Below, one piece after another: positions 25,598 to 34,620 of a stretch of 64,000 bases of DNA. How positions within the stretch are numbered: position 1 is the stretch's first letter; each line of letters opens with the position of its first letter. Origin of the DNA: an uncultured Myxococcales bacterium (lineage in GTDB: Bacteria; Myxococcota_A; UBA9042). The position numbers and the translations under genes were made by a program. A model generated the notes under the pieces. That model worked only from the letters and a program-made list of their open reading frames with translations. It had not been told where the DNA came from and made no database searches. The DNA lies in assembly GCA_903919145.1 (NCBI GenBank), contig CAIXGW010000063.1:8253-72252 (forward strand), written 5' to 3'.

Positions 25598-27037
25598 CTA
25601 GGCCTTCTTCTTGGCGGACTTCTTCTTGGCGGCGGGCTCGGCCAGCACCAGCGGCTCCGCTTGGGTCGGCGGCACTGGCTCTGAAACCGGGTCTGAAACC
25701 GGCTCTGACGCTGGCACCGAAGCTGGCCCTGGCTCTGCCGCAACCACCGCTGGCACGCCGCCCAGCCGCTGCTCGCGCTTGGCCTTGACCGCAGCCATGC
25801 GATCGACCTCGGTCTTGCGCCAGAACTGGACCAGACCAAAGAAGTGATCGGTAAACTGCTCGACCTCGTGGGCGGGAAACAGGGCCGCGACCTTGGCCCG
25901 CACGATCTCCTTGGCCTTGGGGGTGCCAAAAAAGTTCCAGACGACTTCGTCCAGATGCGGCAGGTGGCGATCGCAGAACTCGACAAACCGGTCCGTCTCA
26001 AACCGCTGGTGGGCGATCTTGGCGTATTCGCGCAGCCGGTCGTCAAAGCTCAGATCCTTCTTGGCCACCGCGTAATACGGCGCCCAGTCCAGGTTGGGCT
26101 TGAATTCGCGCTTGGTGGCGGCGCAGAACAGCGACCACTTGATCATGTTCTTGACCATGATCGGGAAGTGGTAGTGCAGAGACGTGACCTGAAAGTCCGG
26201 GCAGGCGTTGGCAAAATCGATGGGGTAGAAGGTGCCGTTCTGGCGCAGCGACTCGCAGGAATTGAACTCCCACTGAAAGAAGCTGTTGATGGTCAAGCAC
26301 ATGTCGCTCAGCTGCTGGTACTCGGCGCCATCGACAAAGTTGAAGCCCACCTCGTACCGGCTGTGCAGCGGCGCGTCGGGGTTGTACTTGACGATGTGCG
26401 TCTGCGGTCCAATGCCAATGGCCCGCACAAACAGGTCAAAGGGCGCCACGGCCTTTTGCACGTGCATGAGGCGCTGGCCCGACTTCTCATAGGCGGCGCG
26501 CAGTTCTTGATCGTTGTTGATCTTGGTCACGCCAACCCAGGCGCCGCCGTCATAGGGCTTCATGAACACCGGGTAGCCCAGGTTCTGGCCGACCTTGGTC
26601 AGATCAAACAGCCGGGCGTAGCGGGTCAGCGTGGTCTTGGCGTCGCCCAGGTCGGGGCTGTACTCCTTGGGCGGCACCATCCACGTCTCTGGCACCGGCA
26701 GGCCCAGGTGCATCATGGCCGCGTAGGAAGTGTGCTTCTCCATGGACTGCAAAGACCACGGATTATTGAGCACATACAAGCCGTCCATGATCACGGCCTT
26801 CTTGATCCACTCGCGGGTGGTCTGGTACCAGTGGGTCAGGCGGTCGACCACCACGTCGTACTTGACCGGTTGCTTGAGGTTGAAGGGCTCAATGGACACC
26901 CGGTCGATGTCAAAGCTCACCGTGTCGCCGTCGATAGGCAAAGACAGCTTGAGTTGCTTGATGATTTCTTCATAGGCCGCAGGCCAGCACAAGTCAGCAC
27001 CTAGCGACAAACCGATTTTCCGCGTGACGTTGGCCAT
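25598..27037 (-). CDS. Second ATP-grasp-like ligase, with a Lys-rich C-terminal tail
   Basis: 479 aa. GYPVFMKPYDGGAWVGVTKINNDQEL is a B-loop-like segment. GAGAGGA 5 nt upstream of the ATG. GC is slightly lower than in the surrounding genes. Confidence 0.6.
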   Translation of the reverse strand: MANVTRKIGLSLGADLCWPAAYEEIIKQLKLSLPIDGDTVSFDIDRVSIEPFNLKQPVKYDVVVDRLTHWYQTTREWIKKAVIMDGLYVLNNPWSLQSMEKHTSYAAMMHLGLPVPETWMVPPKEYSPDLGDAKTTLTRYARLFDLTKVGQNLGYPVFMKPYDGGAWVGVTKINNDQELRAAYEKSGQRLMHVQKAVAPFDLFVRAIGIGPQTHIVKYNPDAPLHSRYEVGFNFVDGAEYQQLSDMCLTINSFFQWEFNSCESLRQNGTFYPIDFANACPDFQVTSLHYHFPIMVKNMIKWSLFCAATKREFKPNLDWAPYYAVAKKDLSFDDRLREYAKIAHQRFETDRFVEFCDRHLPHLDEVVWNFFGTPKAKEIVRAKVAALFPAHEVEQFTDHFFGLVQFWRKTEVDRMAAVKAKREQRLGGVPAVVAAEPGPASVPASEPVSDPVSEPVPPTQAEPLVLAEPAAKKKSAKKKA

Positions 27038-27054
27038 GGGCGTCCTCTCATGAT

Positions 27055-27140
27055 GGGTTTAAGCGGGCAAAGTGGGTTCAAGCGGGCAAAGTGGGTTCAG
27101 GCGGGCAAAGTGGGTCTAAGCGGGCAAAGAAGGAGCAGGC
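27055..27140. repeat. Tandem 21 bp direct repeat (about 4 units) immediately 5' of the ATP-grasp gene start/RBS
   Basis: Minus-strand reading: cttagacccactttgcccgc / ctgaacccactttgcccgc / ttgaacccactttgcccgc / ttaaacccatcatGAGAGGacgcccATG. Each unit carries a TTGAAC-like hexamer. Confidence 0.75.
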
Positions 27141-27317
27141 GGGCAGGGGCCCGCAGAGGGCAAGCAGGCGGTGCAAGCCAGAGTCACAAGTCCCAAAGGA
27201 TCCGGCAGTTGCAGGGCAATGGCTCCAAGCGATCCAAAGGGCGGCTGCGGGCGTGCATCGTAAGGGATTTGCCAGAATCTGGCTACCGCACGCCGACCCG
27301 TCCCAGCGAGCGGAAAC

Positions 27318-28304
27318 CTACTGCGGCAGCGTCCTGACACAGCGAAAGCCAATGTACTCTACGCGCACCGGCGGCCCATAGGCGCTGCGGAACGCATGGC
27401 TGGCCTCGCCGCTGCCGTAGCGAAAGTTGCCGCCGCGAAAGACCCGGTTGTCGCCAGCTTTGGGGCCCACGGGGTCGGCCACGGCTTGGCTGGGGTACTC
27501 GCCCTGCCAGTCCCACACCCACTCGCCGGCGTTACCAAGCATGTCAAACAAACCAAACGCATTAGCAAGCTTGCCTTTGACGGCGTGGGGCTTTAGCTCT
27601 GAGTTCTCATCAAACCAAGCGTAATCTATAATGTTCTTTGGCGCCTGTTCGGTCGAACCGCCGCGAGAGGCGTACTCCCATTCGGCCTCGGTGGGCAGCC
27701 GATAGCCGGTGCACGCCAGCCCCTCGGGCCAGGCGACCGCAAAGCCGTCGATGCGATAACACTGCGCCAAGCCTTGTCTTTTAGACAGGTCGTTGCAGTA
27801 CGTCGCCGCCTGGTACCAAGACACCATGGCCGCCGGGCACTGCTGGCAGGGGCTGAGCTGATCCCCAGAAGTTGACATCAATTCGCCGTATTGCTTAACG
27901 GTCACCTCGGTGGACATCATCTCAAACGGCCGGGTAATCACCACCTGGTGCAGCTGGGCATCGTTGTAGCCGGGCCCGGCCTGCTCGGCGCTCAGCCCCA
28001 TGGCAAACTGGCCCGGCGCCACCGCGACAAAACCTGGGGTCAGCGTCGCCTTGATGCGCTGCAATTCTGAGTCTTTGCGTTGGGGCTCCTCAGGCTTGGC
28101 CAGGGGAAGGGCTGCGGCCTTCTGGCTGTCTGCAGGGACGGCGACGGCAGCGCCCGGGGCCAGCGCGGCACCCTCCTGCGGCGCGGCTTGCGCGCGGTCC
28201 GCGGCAGTCGGCTTGCATGCGACCGCCACCGCACCAATGACCAGCGCCCAGACCGCCGCTTGCGAGCCAAGGCCAAGGTTCAGTCTGGCCAATTCTCTAC
28301 CCAT
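27318..28304 (-). CDS. Formylglycine-generating-enzyme (SUMF1/FGE-sulfatase) family lipoprotein
   Basis: Lipobox AVAVACKP. C-terminal ..GNAGEWVWDW..RVFRGGNF..RSAYG..IGFRCV is the FGE-sulfatase fold signature. Confidence 0.8.
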   Translation of the reverse strand: MGRELARLNLGLGSQAAVWALVIGAVAVACKPTAADRAQAAPQEGAALAPGAAVAVPADSQKAAALPLAKPEEPQRKDSELQRIKATLTPGFVAVAPGQFAMGLSAEQAGPGYNDAQLHQVVITRPFEMMSTEVTVKQYGELMSTSGDQLSPCQQCPAAMVSWYQAATYCNDLSKRQGLAQCYRIDGFAVAWPEGLACTGYRLPTEAEWEYASRGGSTEQAPKNIIDYAWFDENSELKPHAVKGKLANAFGLFDMLGNAGEWVWDWQGEYPSQAVADPVGPKAGDNRVFRGGNFRYGSGEASHAFRSAYGPPVRVEYIGFRCVRTLPQ

Positions 28305-30897
28305 GTTTGCTCCTGCGCCTGGCCCACCAACCGGCGACCAACCCTAAGACGGACCACAGGCCGCGGCGATCCGCGCCAAAACCCGCCGCACAGCCGCTGT
28401 CTGCTGGCAGGCGGGCAGGCGCTGGCCTAGCGGCGCCATCCTTGCTATTTATCAATTTGTCATTTAGCAAATTGTCAGCCAGCGAGTCCTGCCCAGCTGC
28501 TGGCACATCGCCAACTGCCGCAGAGAGTTCGCCAGCATCGCTCCCCGCTGCAGCATCGCTCCCCGCGGGTACGTCGGCCAGCGCCACGCCGTCGCCTTCG
28601 CCGTCGAGCGCCAGCGCAACCTCAAGGTCTGCGGCTGTGGCGTCGCCGCCGCCGGCATCCGGTCCGGGGTCAGCGACCACGGCGGTGCCCGCTTGCAGGC
28701 AGGCCTCCAGGTCGTCGTCCATCGCCGCGCCGCCCAGGGCCAGGACTGCGGCGCCGGCGCCAAAGCCCATCATCGGCACCGCGCCGGCAAACTGGCCCGC
28801 CGCAGCGCCAGAGGTACCCAGCAGCTCGGGGACGATGCCACCGCCTTGCTGGGCGACCTCCAGCACCCGCTGGCGCAGGGCATCGCGGTGCGCCTGCAGC
28901 GGGGCCCCGGCGTCCACGGCCCTGTCTAGCCAGCGCAGGACCCGCAGGTCAATAAACAGCCACTCTTGACTGTCGTACTCGCCGCCGTCGTCATTGCGAA
29001 AAAAGCCCGGGCCGCCCCCCGCCGCCAGCTTGGCCAGCCAGGCTGCCCAGGAGGCCTGCGCCACCGCGCCCCACGGCGGCAACTGCCCGTCCAGAAAAGC
29101 TTCTACCGCGGCAAGGTCATGGGCCTGGCCCGGGGCTTCCTCCAGATTGCCGCGCAGATAGCTCTTTCCATCTGAAAGCTTGGTCTGGATAGCTTGATGC
29201 AGCGCTTTGGCATCTGCGCGGTACTGCCCAGCCAGCTTGCCTTCTCCGGCCCAGGTGGCCAGCTGAGCCGCTGCGCACAGGCCGCGCACGGCCGCTATGG
29301 AGGTGTAGGCAAAGTGCTTTTGCTGGCCGTTCCAGTGCACCTCCCAGATCGACGAGTCGGGCTTGACCAGCCCGGTGGCGTCCACCGATTTTCGCAGCGG
29401 CTCTGCGATCAGGTCGCGCAGGACCGGCCACCACTGCGCCAAAAACTCGCTGTCGGCCGAGGCCTGCAGATACCTGCCGGCCTGCCACAGCACCAGACCA
29501 AAACCGTCCAGCTCGATGTTGGGGCCAAACTCATTGATATCGCTTTCTTCTGTGCCACCGCCCCAGTAGCGGGTGACCGACACCCGGTACGGACCGCCGA
29601 CCTCTGCCTGGTACTGACCCGCCTTGCCGCGCAGCACAAACTCCAGCGCCGCCTTGGCCATGTCCAGCCGTCCGGCAGCTGCCAGAGCCACCCCGGCGTA
29701 GGCCTGGTCGCGCGGCCAGGTGATATTCCACTGGCCTGGAGGCAGGCTGGCCACGATCTGCCCGCGCGGCGCCAGCCCGGTGCCGGCGCCATCCTGCGGC
29801 CCGCTGGCATTGGGCTGGCGGCTCTGGGCCATCCGCAGCAACATCAAAGAGCGCCGATACAGCAGCAGCGCTTCGCCGGCCAGCCCCGCGGGCTCTTTCG
29901 CTTGCGCGTGCCAGGACTGCCACCAGGCCAGCTCGTCAGCCAGCAGCTGCTGCGGCGTCCGGCCCTGCAGAAACTGGTCGCTCTGGGCCGCCAGCACCGC
30001 CGCTGAGGCGCCCGCTTGGTACAGCGCCAGCGCCGCCACCGCCGCCTTTTGCCCAGGGGCCAGCTGAATCTGCCAGAGCATGCCGGCCACGCGGTCGGCA
30101 CCAACGCCGCTGTCGGCCTGGCCACCCAGGGGCTGCGCCTTGACAAACTTGTTGAAGGGATTGACTGTTTCAAGAGAGATGGGGGTCTGAGCACTGGTCG
30201 CGGTGGCGCTGTGGGCCAGCCCGTCTACGGCTTGCAGCCAAACGCGGTGGTCCGACGCCGGGCTGGACTCCAGCAGCGATCGCACCCCGGTGGCCACCAG
30301 CTGCTCTGGCTCGCTGGCGGGCTGCGGCGCACCGGCGCCCAGGTGGGCATTAAAAAGCAGAGATACTTCAATGGTTTTGGCGGAATCGCTCTGGTTATGC
30401 ACCTCTGCCATCAGCACCACGCCGCGCCCCTGCAGGGTCTGCGGCACCCACACCATGGTCTGAAGTGTTACTTTACCATTGACATCCCAACTGCGCTTTT
30501 CAGCTATCACTCCGGCCGATTCAGGGTAACCCAATACGGCCGAACTGGCGGTGCACACCTGGCCGACCGCGCAGCCCTGCAGCGGCAGCCCCGGCGCCCA
30601 GACGCCCGCAGCTCCCGGCGTGCGCAGGCCAAAGTAGGCGTCATGCAAGACATCTTGGGTCGGCTGGCCGGCCACCAGCGCTTGGTAGGGCTGCAGCCAC
30701 AGGTCTTGCAGCCGCCCTTTGGCGTGGTCAAACACCGCGATCGCCAAGCCATTGCCGGCCACGCGCAGCGCAAACGGCTTGGCGGCGGGCAGGGCGGCAC
30801 CGGCCCCGGAAGCCCCAGCGGCGATCGCCAGGGCCCCCACAGCAGCCGCGGCGACCCACCGCACGCAATGACCGCGGCGAAAAGCTACCTTGGGCAT
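28297..30897 (-). CDS. GH15-like ((alpha/alpha)6 glucoamylase/glucodextranase-type) glycoside hydrolase with a MYXO-CTERM-like tail
   Basis: ATG at 30895-30897 with GGAGG 7 nt upstream. Signal peptide. WPRDQAYAGVALAAAGR is the GH15 W-x-RD motif. The C-terminus DSGCAAGFGADRRGLWSVLGLVAGWWARRRSKHG follows the MYXO-CTERM pattern. An 8 bp overlap with the FGE gene implies an operon. Confidence 0.65.
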   Translation of the reverse strand: MPKVAFRRGHCVRWVAAAAVGALAIAAGASGAGAALPAAKPFALRVAGNGLAIAVFDHAKGRLQDLWLQPYQALVAGQPTQDVLHDAYFGLRTPGAAGVWAPGLPLQGCAVGQVCTASSAVLGYPESAGVIAEKRSWDVNGKVTLQTMVWVPQTLQGRGVVLMAEVHNQSDSAKTIEVSLLFNAHLGAGAPQPASEPEQLVATGVRSLLESSPASDHRVWLQAVDGLAHSATATSAQTPISLETVNPFNKFVKAQPLGGQADSGVGADRVAGMLWQIQLAPGQKAAVAALALYQAGASAAVLAAQSDQFLQGRTPQQLLADELAWWQSWHAQAKEPAGLAGEALLLYRRSLMLLRMAQSRQPNASGPQDGAGTGLAPRGQIVASLPPGQWNITWPRDQAYAGVALAAAGRLDMAKAALEFVLRGKAGQYQAEVGGPYRVSVTRYWGGGTEESDINEFGPNIELDGFGLVLWQAGRYLQASADSEFLAQWWPVLRDLIAEPLRKSVDATGLVKPDSSIWEVHWNGQQKHFAYTSIAAVRGLCAAAQLATWAGEGKLAGQYRADAKALHQAIQTKLSDGKSYLRGNLEEAPGQAHDLAAVEAFLDGQLPPWGAVAQASWAAWLAKLAAGGGPGFFRNDDGGEYDSQEWLFIDLRVLRWLDRAVDAGAPLQAHRDALRQRVLEVAQQGGGIVPELLGTSGAAAGQFAGAVPMMGFGAGAAVLALGGAAMDDDLEACLQAGTAVVADPGPDAGGGDATAADLEVALALDGEGDGVALADVPAGSDAAAGSDAGELSAAVGDVPAAGQDSLADNLLNDKLINSKDGAARPAPARLPADSGCAAGFGADRRGLWSVLGLVAGWWARRRSKHG

Positions 30898-31769
30898 GGC
30901 TTTACCTCCGCCAAGGGGCAGCGCTGCCAGGTGACTTTGCCGTCCACCCTGGTCAGGTAGCGAATCTCGGCGTAGCCCGCCGCCGCTACCGCCGCCACGC
31001 AAGCCTGCAGCCCACCGCCAACGTCTTGCGGAGCATGGCTATCGTCGCCCAGCGTCACAGCTATCCCCATGCGCCGGGCCTGGTCCAGCACATCGGGCAG
31101 CGGGTAGACCGGACCCAGGCCGCGCCGCACCGGAGCCGCGTTGACATCGATCACGCTGCCCGCCGCTTCAATGGACTGCAACGCCCGCTGCAGCGCTGGC
31201 CAGGCCTCGGGCCGGATCTGCGGTGTCGGACCGTCAAACTTGCGAATCAGGTCCAGGTGACCCACAACCTCGGGCCGCAGCACCTGCACCAGCTCGGCCA
31301 CGGCTTCAAAGTAGTGGATCTGCAAAGCCGCCGGTCCGCCCAGGTCGCGGGCCAGCTGCGCCGTTGTCTCTGCGGCAAAATCAATGCAGATGCCGTTGAC
31401 GTGGTGGACGCTGCCCACCAGGTAATCCAGCTGGCACTGGCTGCGCAGGTCGGTCATTGCCGTAGCCCAGCTTTCGGGCGGCAACCGCTCGGTCTCCATG
31501 CCCACCAGCACTTCCATGCGCCCCTGCCACTGCAGCTGCAGCGCGCGGGCCTCGCTCACAAAGGCGTAAAACATCTCGAGCAGTTGGTCGGGCCGCAGCC
31601 CTTGCTCCTCTGGAAACAGGTCCTGGGGGCGAAAGCGCGGCGCGTGCTCAGAGAGGCCGTAGTGGCTAAAGCCGCGGGCGTAGGCGGCCTGCAGCACGTC
31701 GGCCAGATTGCCGTGGGCGTGCAGGCAGTAGCGACCGCTGTGCCCCCCGTGATAGCTGCACCAAGCCAT
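30885..31769 (-). CDS. PHP-domain phosphoesterase, HisJ-type histidinol-phosphatase family
   Basis: ATG at 31767-31769. MAWCSYHGGHSGRYCLHAHG..FSHYGLSEHAPR parallels HisJ (DGHTHTEFCPHG..IVEHAPL). The tool ORF begins 129 codons earlier in a low-quality region. Confidence 0.7.
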   Translation of the reverse strand: MAWCSYHGGHSGRYCLHAHGNLADVLQAAYARGFSHYGLSEHAPRFRPQDLFPEEQGLRPDQLLEMFYAFVSEARALQLQWQGRMEVLVGMETERLPPESWATAMTDLRSQCQLDYLVGSVHHVNGICIDFAAETTAQLARDLGGPAALQIHYFEAVAELVQVLRPEVVGHLDLIRKFDGPTPQIRPEAWPALQRALQSIEAAGSVIDVNAAPVRRGLGPVYPLPDVLDQARRMGIAVTLGDDSHAPQDVGGGLQACVAAVAAAGYAEIRYLTRVDGKVTWQRCPLAEVKPCPR

Positions 31770-31934
31770 GGCCCCTGCGCCGCGCCGCCCGTGCGCGCCT
31801 GGGCCCCAGTGTAGCCGCAGTAGCGGGCCGCGTCTCGGCTGTTGGGCCCCGCGTCGCCACAGCCGCGCTTGCGCCGCCGCCAATGTCGGACTAAAATGGT
31901 CCGCGAATGGGCCGACGGCCCTGCAGGTGAATTC

Positions 31935-32345
31935 ATGGGCGGCGTCAATCCTTATGTTCGCACCAGCTCTGTGCCGCTGCCGACCCGGCCCTACCGGATC
32001 ACCGTGGCCGGCACAGGTCAGGTCATTGAAGTCCATCCAGAAGAGCTGCCGCTTGGCCGCGATGGCCGGCCAGGATCGCTGCTGGATGTCTTGCTGCACC
32101 ACGGCGTCAAGGTCGACCACGCGTGCGGCGGTGTGGTCAGCTGCTCTACGTGCCATGTGATCGTTCGCAAGGGTCTTTCTAGCTGCAATCCCGCCGAAGA
32201 GGCCGAAGAGGACATGCTCGATACGGCGCCCGGTCTGACCCCGCAGTCGCGCCTGTCTTGCCAGGCCGTGCCAAACGGCTCGCAGGACGTGGTGGTCGAG
32301 ATCCCGGCGTGGAACCGCAACCAGATCAAAGAGTCTGATTTCTAG
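31935..32345 (+). CDS. fdx: [2Fe-2S] ferredoxin, ISC/adrenodoxin type
   Basis: 136 aa. DHACGGVVSCSTCHVIV, EDMLDTAPGL..SRLSCQA and VVEIP align with E. coli Fdx. The stop TAG at 32343-32345 lies in the MITE terminus. Confidence 0.8.
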   Translation: MGGVNPYVRTSSVPLPTRPYRITVAGTGQVIEVHPEELPLGRDGRPGSLLDVLLHHGVKVDHACGGVVSCSTCHVIVRKGLSSCNPAEEAEEDMLDTAPGLTPQSRLSCQAVPNGSQDVVVEIPAWNRNQIKESDF

Positions 32346-32482
32346 TACCCAAGGCCGTTAATTCGATCCGGGTTGCACCCGGTTCTTGTTCACGGGCCTT
32401 GGCTACTACTACTGGGTCTTTTTCCGTACCCCAAACCACCTCCGTTCCGGAACCCGGAACAAACTTGGGGTTTGGGGTACTA
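32343..32482 (-). mobile_element. MITE-like 140 bp element, copy 2 (best preserved), TA-GTACCC...GGGTAC-TA
   Basis: Perfect terminal inverted repeat TCTAGTACCC/GGGTACTAGA. It is the reverse complement of copy 1 at about 88% identity. TA dinucleotides flank both ends. It sits between the fdx stop and the cyaY RBS. Confidence 0.75.
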
Positions 32483-32506
32483 GAGTGTTGTCGCCAGGAG
32501 CCCCCG

Positions 32507-32836
32507 ATGGACGAGCTGATGTTCCGCCAATACACCGACCGCCTCTACCGCGCGGTGCTGCAGCGCCTGGACCGCGAAGATCCCGATGTCATTGAAGGGG
32601 AGCTGTCGGCCGGGGTCGTCAAGATCCGCAATGCCGCCGGCCAGATCTATGTGCTGAACCACCAGGTGCCGGTCAGCGAGATCTGGTATGCCGCGGGCGA
32701 CCGCGCCTGGCACTTCCAGCACCAGACCGATGGGCACTGGCTGGACCCGCGCAACGGCGAAGAGCTGGCCGCCGTCCTGGGCCAGACCCTGAGCCGACTC
32801 GCCGGCATTCCGCTGGAGTTTGACATCCCGCAGTAG
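32507..32836 (+). CDS. cyaY: Frataxin homolog CyaY (iron-sulfur cluster assembly)
   Basis: ATG at 32507, 8 nt after AGGAG. MDELMFRQYTDRLYRAVLQRLD..IYVLNHQVPVSEIWYAAGDRAWHF..GHWLDPRNGEEL matches the CyaY/frataxin fold sequence. Confidence 0.8.
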   Translation: MDELMFRQYTDRLYRAVLQRLDREDPDVIEGELSAGVVKIRNAAGQIYVLNHQVPVSEIWYAAGDRAWHFQHQTDGHWLDPRNGEELAAVLGQTLSRLAGIPLEFDIPQ

Positions 32837-32976
32837 CGGCCAAGGCGCTCCGCTGCAGGGATCCGTTGGCACCCGCCGGGCTTTTCGCTATGCTGCGGCC
32901 AATGAACACGCCACACCCTACGAAATCACTAGAAAACTACCGCCATCCGTCGCGAGCTCGGCGTCGCGCCTTTCCC

Positions 32977-34620
32977 ATGGCGCTGGTGGCGGCCAGCTTG
33001 GCAGCGGCGCTGGTGGCCGGGCCAGCGCTGGCCTTCTCGGTCGACGTGCACCGCTGGCTGACCGAGCGGGCGCTGCGCGGCGTGGTGCCGATTGGGGCGC
33101 TGATGACGCCAACCGAAGACCAGTACATGGGGTTTTGGCTGTGGTTTGGCAAGGCTATGGCCTCGCCCTCGGTCAGCGCCGAGCTCGACGGGCCGGACCC
33201 CAAGCGCTTCACCACCCGCTACACCAGCCCTCGCTCTTTTGACGCCTTTGCGATCCGCGGTTTCTTGGGGCTCTCTCAAGAGCCAACGCCGGCCGTGCTG
33301 GGCTTGGAGACTTTTGACCGCGACGGCGAGGTCGATCGCTTCAACGCGATGGTGCGCGGCTCGGCCCAGCCCGACATCGACCGGCGCAACCAGAATCGCT
33401 TTGCCTATGACGAACGGCGCAATCCGCTGCTGGCCCCCGACGGCCGGCGCGTGCCCGCCGACCCAACTGCGCTGAACATGGGCGCAGCCTCGGGAATTGC
33501 CAGCCAGGCCCACGCCCACTACCAGCTGGCGGCCGACAAGCCCAGTGACGACCCAGAAGTGCTCAAGACTGAGCCCTGGAACTTTGCCGTGCGGCTGGGC
33601 TTTGACGGGCCGGTCGAGACTTCGGCCGCCGACATGGCGCAGATGCACCTGGACATGGCGATTGTGATGCGCGCTTGGGTCGATGAGCAGCAGGGCGCTG
33701 TCAGCGACTACATGCCAATTCTATGGGCGTCTGCGGGCTTGCACTACGTTCAGGATGCGGCGGGCCAGCTGCACACCGTGCAAGTCGGCGCCTATGACGT
33801 GTTTGTCCGCGCCAAGCTGATGTGGTACCTGCACGGTCTGCGCACCGCCGGCGGCTACTTGGCGCCTCTGCCGACCTTCACCTCGATCGGCGCCGACCTG
33901 CTGCGCAATTTGCACTTTCTGGCAGAGGCGTGGATGGCCGACCAGCTGGACCGCGCGCGCCTTGGCAAACCGCTGGAGCCGGCGATCCAAAAAGCCTGGG
34001 CAGCTCTTGATAAGCCAGAGCGTTTTGAGCCCGACCCGCAACTTGTGGCCGCCTTGGGCAAACAGCTGGAGCCACACTTGGCCGACCCGTTCAAAGTGCA
34101 GCCGTGGCAAGACGGGCAGGGTGCTGCCTCGATCCTGGTGCACACGCTGGCCAAAATCGGCAGCCGCGAAGGGGCGGCGATCTATCAGGCCGCCCTGGAC
34201 ATGGCCGACGGCGAGCTGCTGCAAGTGGGCTACAAGCTCGATGACAGCCTACCCTTGCAGCCGCGCCACCTGGCCAGCGGAGACACGGCGGCGGCCGCCG
34301 TGCAGGCCATGGCCCAGCTGCAGGCCAAGAGCGTCACCCGGACCCTGACCGCGACCCGGCTTTACTGGCAGGCCTACGAGCAGGGCAACGCCGACTCGGC
34401 CGCCAGGCGCCTGCGTCGCAATGCCCTGAACCGGCTAGACAAACAGCAGCGACTGCAGAAAGAGTGGCTGGCCGCTGCCGGCCGCAGCGCCGGAGCCGCC
34501 AAGCTGGACAATGGCAGCGAGCAGCGCCCTGAGTTCTTGGCGGCCGAGCTGGCGGCCGGGCTTGGGGCCGCTGGGCTGGCGGCATGGGCGTGGCGGCGGC
34601 GCCGCAAGGGGGCTATATGA
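32977..34620 (+). CDS. Secreted protein with a zinc-dependent phospholipase C/P1-nuclease-like N-terminus and a hydrophobic, Arg-rich C-terminal anchor
   Basis: Signal peptide MALVAASLAAALVAGPALA. The mature N-terminus FSVDVHRWLTERAL resembles the PLC start SHLWIVNRAI. The C-terminus ends ..LGAAGLAAWAWRRRRKGAI. Confidence 0.45.
   Translation: MALVAASLAAALVAGPALAFSVDVHRWLTERALRGVVPIGALMTPTEDQYMGFWLWFGKAMASPSVSAELDGPDPKRFTTRYTSPRSFDAFAIRGFLGLSQEPTPAVLGLETFDRDGEVDRFNAMVRGSAQPDIDRRNQNRFAYDERRNPLLAPDGRRVPADPTALNMGAASGIASQAHAHYQLAADKPSDDPEVLKTEPWNFAVRLGFDGPVETSAADMAQMHLDMAIVMRAWVDEQQGAVSDYMPILWASAGLHYVQDAAGQLHTVQVGAYDVFVRAKLMWYLHGLRTAGGYLAPLPTFTSIGADLLRNLHFLAEAWMADQLDRARLGKPLEPAIQKAWAALDKPERFEPDPQLVAALGKQLEPHLADPFKVQPWQDGQGAASILVHTLAKIGSREGAAIYQAALDMADGELLQVGYKLDDSLPLQPRHLASGDTAAAAVQAMAQLQAKSVTRTLTATRLYWQAYEQGNADSAARRLRRNALNRLDKQQRLQKEWLAAAGRSAGAAKLDNGSEQRPEFLAAELAAGLGAAGLAAWAWRRRRKGAI

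Noticed and set aside
27116-27352. 78 aa minus-strand ORF as a candidate repeat-containing precursor peptide for the two ATP-grasp ligases
   Set aside because: Third-codon positions are A/T-rich, unlike real genes here. It overlaps the FGE gene 3' end. It stops before the 21 bp repeats. The frame through the repeats contains stops and no Met.
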